This document shows, one piece after another, positions 63,401-64,000 of a stretch of DNA of 64,000 nucleotides. Made by a program: the position numbers and the translations under genes. Under the pieces are notes generated by a model. It did not search any database and was not told where the DNA came from. It saw nothing but the letters and a program-made list of their open reading frames with translations. The stretch's first letter is position 1, and every line of letters starts with the position of its first letter. Source of the DNA: an uncultured archaeon (GTDB lineage Archaea > Nanobdellota > Nanobdellia > Woesearchaeales > UBA9642); contig CAVZPN010000003.1 in NCBI GenBank assembly GCA_963777125.1, positions 32,503 to 96,502 on the forward strand, written 5' to 3'.

Positions 63401-63715
63401 ATCATTATCACTAGCAAAAAAAGTAAATGTATGGGTTCCTGCATCAGAATAATTCATAAACATAGTATAACTACTATCTTGCGCGACAAGTAAATTATCA
63501 TAATATATCTTAAAATAAGTAGTATTAACCATATCTACAGCACTAAAAGAAACAGTTAAATTATTATTTTCTTCTAAAGATGTTGGCATATCAATATTAT
63601 CTATACTAATTTGAGCAAGAGTCACAGATATCGATAATAAAAATAAGAAAAGCACTATAAATACACCTAAGATGATCTTTTCAAATACTTTATCCATTAG
63701 TGTTTTTTTTAACAT
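60476..63715 (-). CDS. Large multidomain membrane-anchored surface protein (Ig/PKD-like, FN3-like, coiled coil, TM, Ser-rich cytoplasmic tail)
   Basis: Signal peptide; PVAPSSISATAQ..IKLKW..YLIYRS..YYYRVAA FN3 pattern; TM near residue 820; Ser-rich linker. Confidence 0.75.
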   Translation of the reverse strand: MLKKTLMDKVFEKIILGVFIVLFLFLLSISVTLAQISIDNIDMPTSLEENNNLTVSFSAVDMVNTTYFKIYYDNLLVAQDSSYTMFMNYSDAGTHTFTFFASDNDTNVSVDQSIEVLDVPMLLSLVNPTSRIYSERNIPISVIVSTYADSCSYNLFIVNNSVRSYVLNDVLTGNNTEFYTNLVLTQDGNYSLFVNCSNIYDTVNASVSFIVDTVSPVITAKSHIFNEYNNITFNIVTSIASICKYDLQDKSYVLMSSVFDHTGNTVHSTTINNLANGAYTYYIKCNSNNTLTSNTETISFTILTKPLASITLSKSSPLKAGIYEVKLKTSKAVINAPTLSYNFNTDATLRYVTLTGSGTDWKGYLIIEDNTPDRIGTFHYSATDYDGNTGNIISSGELFLTDTTKPVAPSSISATAQLDGNIKLKWYFDNENIKKYLIYRSTEGDPTYVDYYDNSSSMQYIDRDLIEGITYYYRVAAMDEAYNTGALSEMVQAVSNDVVSSNSDSNSNVVSDNTAQQISDPALILKINQLVTDFNKQLLDIAAAKSELNKINDPTKLKIIAILGLSEKVNSAKTTIENLITEVNNLKNENVPSSELDVKLNKFRMDALKAKSLVVEDIIVSEQSSYNQVTQESDVSSAITELVKINLSKSVLNNYSDANNKLQDGIVVNTDIFIFKIRYLGKDDYDKYTLVKKTVSSASELNNVSIVEIIPKSFERKASDILFDIDNQKTPIIVNDDPVLKWDNAIFNKQTIYYMINNNAEMYAAKATKTVVLYTPNFKVTQTIPDEVASDNTNMLTGFISTNVENINLSSLSTIQWAIILGVGLILALSTYYVALDGVEKKRNNARLKDHKIISKKSGLSSGLSISSSNGSLSSSNILSNTSVLSKRKSLTSKIFSKLSLKKLSSVNTKMVSDVSLAPVVTSINVSNNAVTTNNLKDKINVNVPRTRIDLKNFNIHSKLDQANTRINSFDYENARTIYNLCLASYNFDPYTRLEKEELLMMLDHLHSKLIVYRAIFLSRQHLISRDYVSLKNDINIITKVSKKLYSALQYMDDDYKDSELKFINYINNSRKHLESKLS

Positions 63716-64000
63716 GTTAAGTTATATCAAAAGGTAGTTTATACATAATTTATACATTGTTTATATACAATCTAATTGACATCATAATAATTGACATCAT
63801 AGTTTTTTATATCCATATACAGGAATCTAAATGTACTGTCCTTTGGAATTGACATCATACGAGTATTAACATATAATTATAACAATTCTAATAATCAATA
63901 AAAACTTCTAAAATGAAGGCAATGCCTACTTAGTAGTTTTTATCTTATTTAGAATTGCCTGATCTTTCTCTATAGCTTCACGTATAGCTTTCTCAAAATA

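Overview
AT-rich archaeal DNA, probably DPANN/Woesearchaeota-like (aEF-1beta with its upstream Zn-ribbon gene, Trm1, aIF-5B, TrmB, plus GyrB). No rRNA, tRNA or CRISPR array was recognised. About 1-19 kb looks like an integrated mobile element. It has three tyrosine-recombinase loci (one a stub), HTH genes, an HExxH protease gene, a ten-gene coupled operon, and an iteron-like non-coding region beside an AbrB-led mini-operon. In the ten-gene operon, type I R-M genes hsdM/hsdS/hsdR are interleaved with a subtilase, a SLATT-like 2TM protein, an Abi_C/HEPN-like protein, a small P-loop protein and a PD-(D/E)XK nuclease. From 19 kb on, the sequence looks chromosomal and holds several unexplained loci. 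One is a six-gene amide-bond-forming cluster (three different ATP-grasp ligases, a PLP decarboxylase, two DUF2156/MprF-C-like transferases) divergent from a lone gyrB. Another is a radical SAM/SPASM enzyme coupled to a two-repeat protein whose repeats both end in T-[IF]-R-Y-S-[IL]-x-G. There is also a four-gene surface-protein locus with a thrice-repeated six-Cys module and a frameshifted membrane-anchored partner, a DUF218 gene split by an in-frame 99-nt hairpin insertion, and several REP/MITE-like intergenic palindromes. All family assignments come from motif recognition by eye; no database searches were run.
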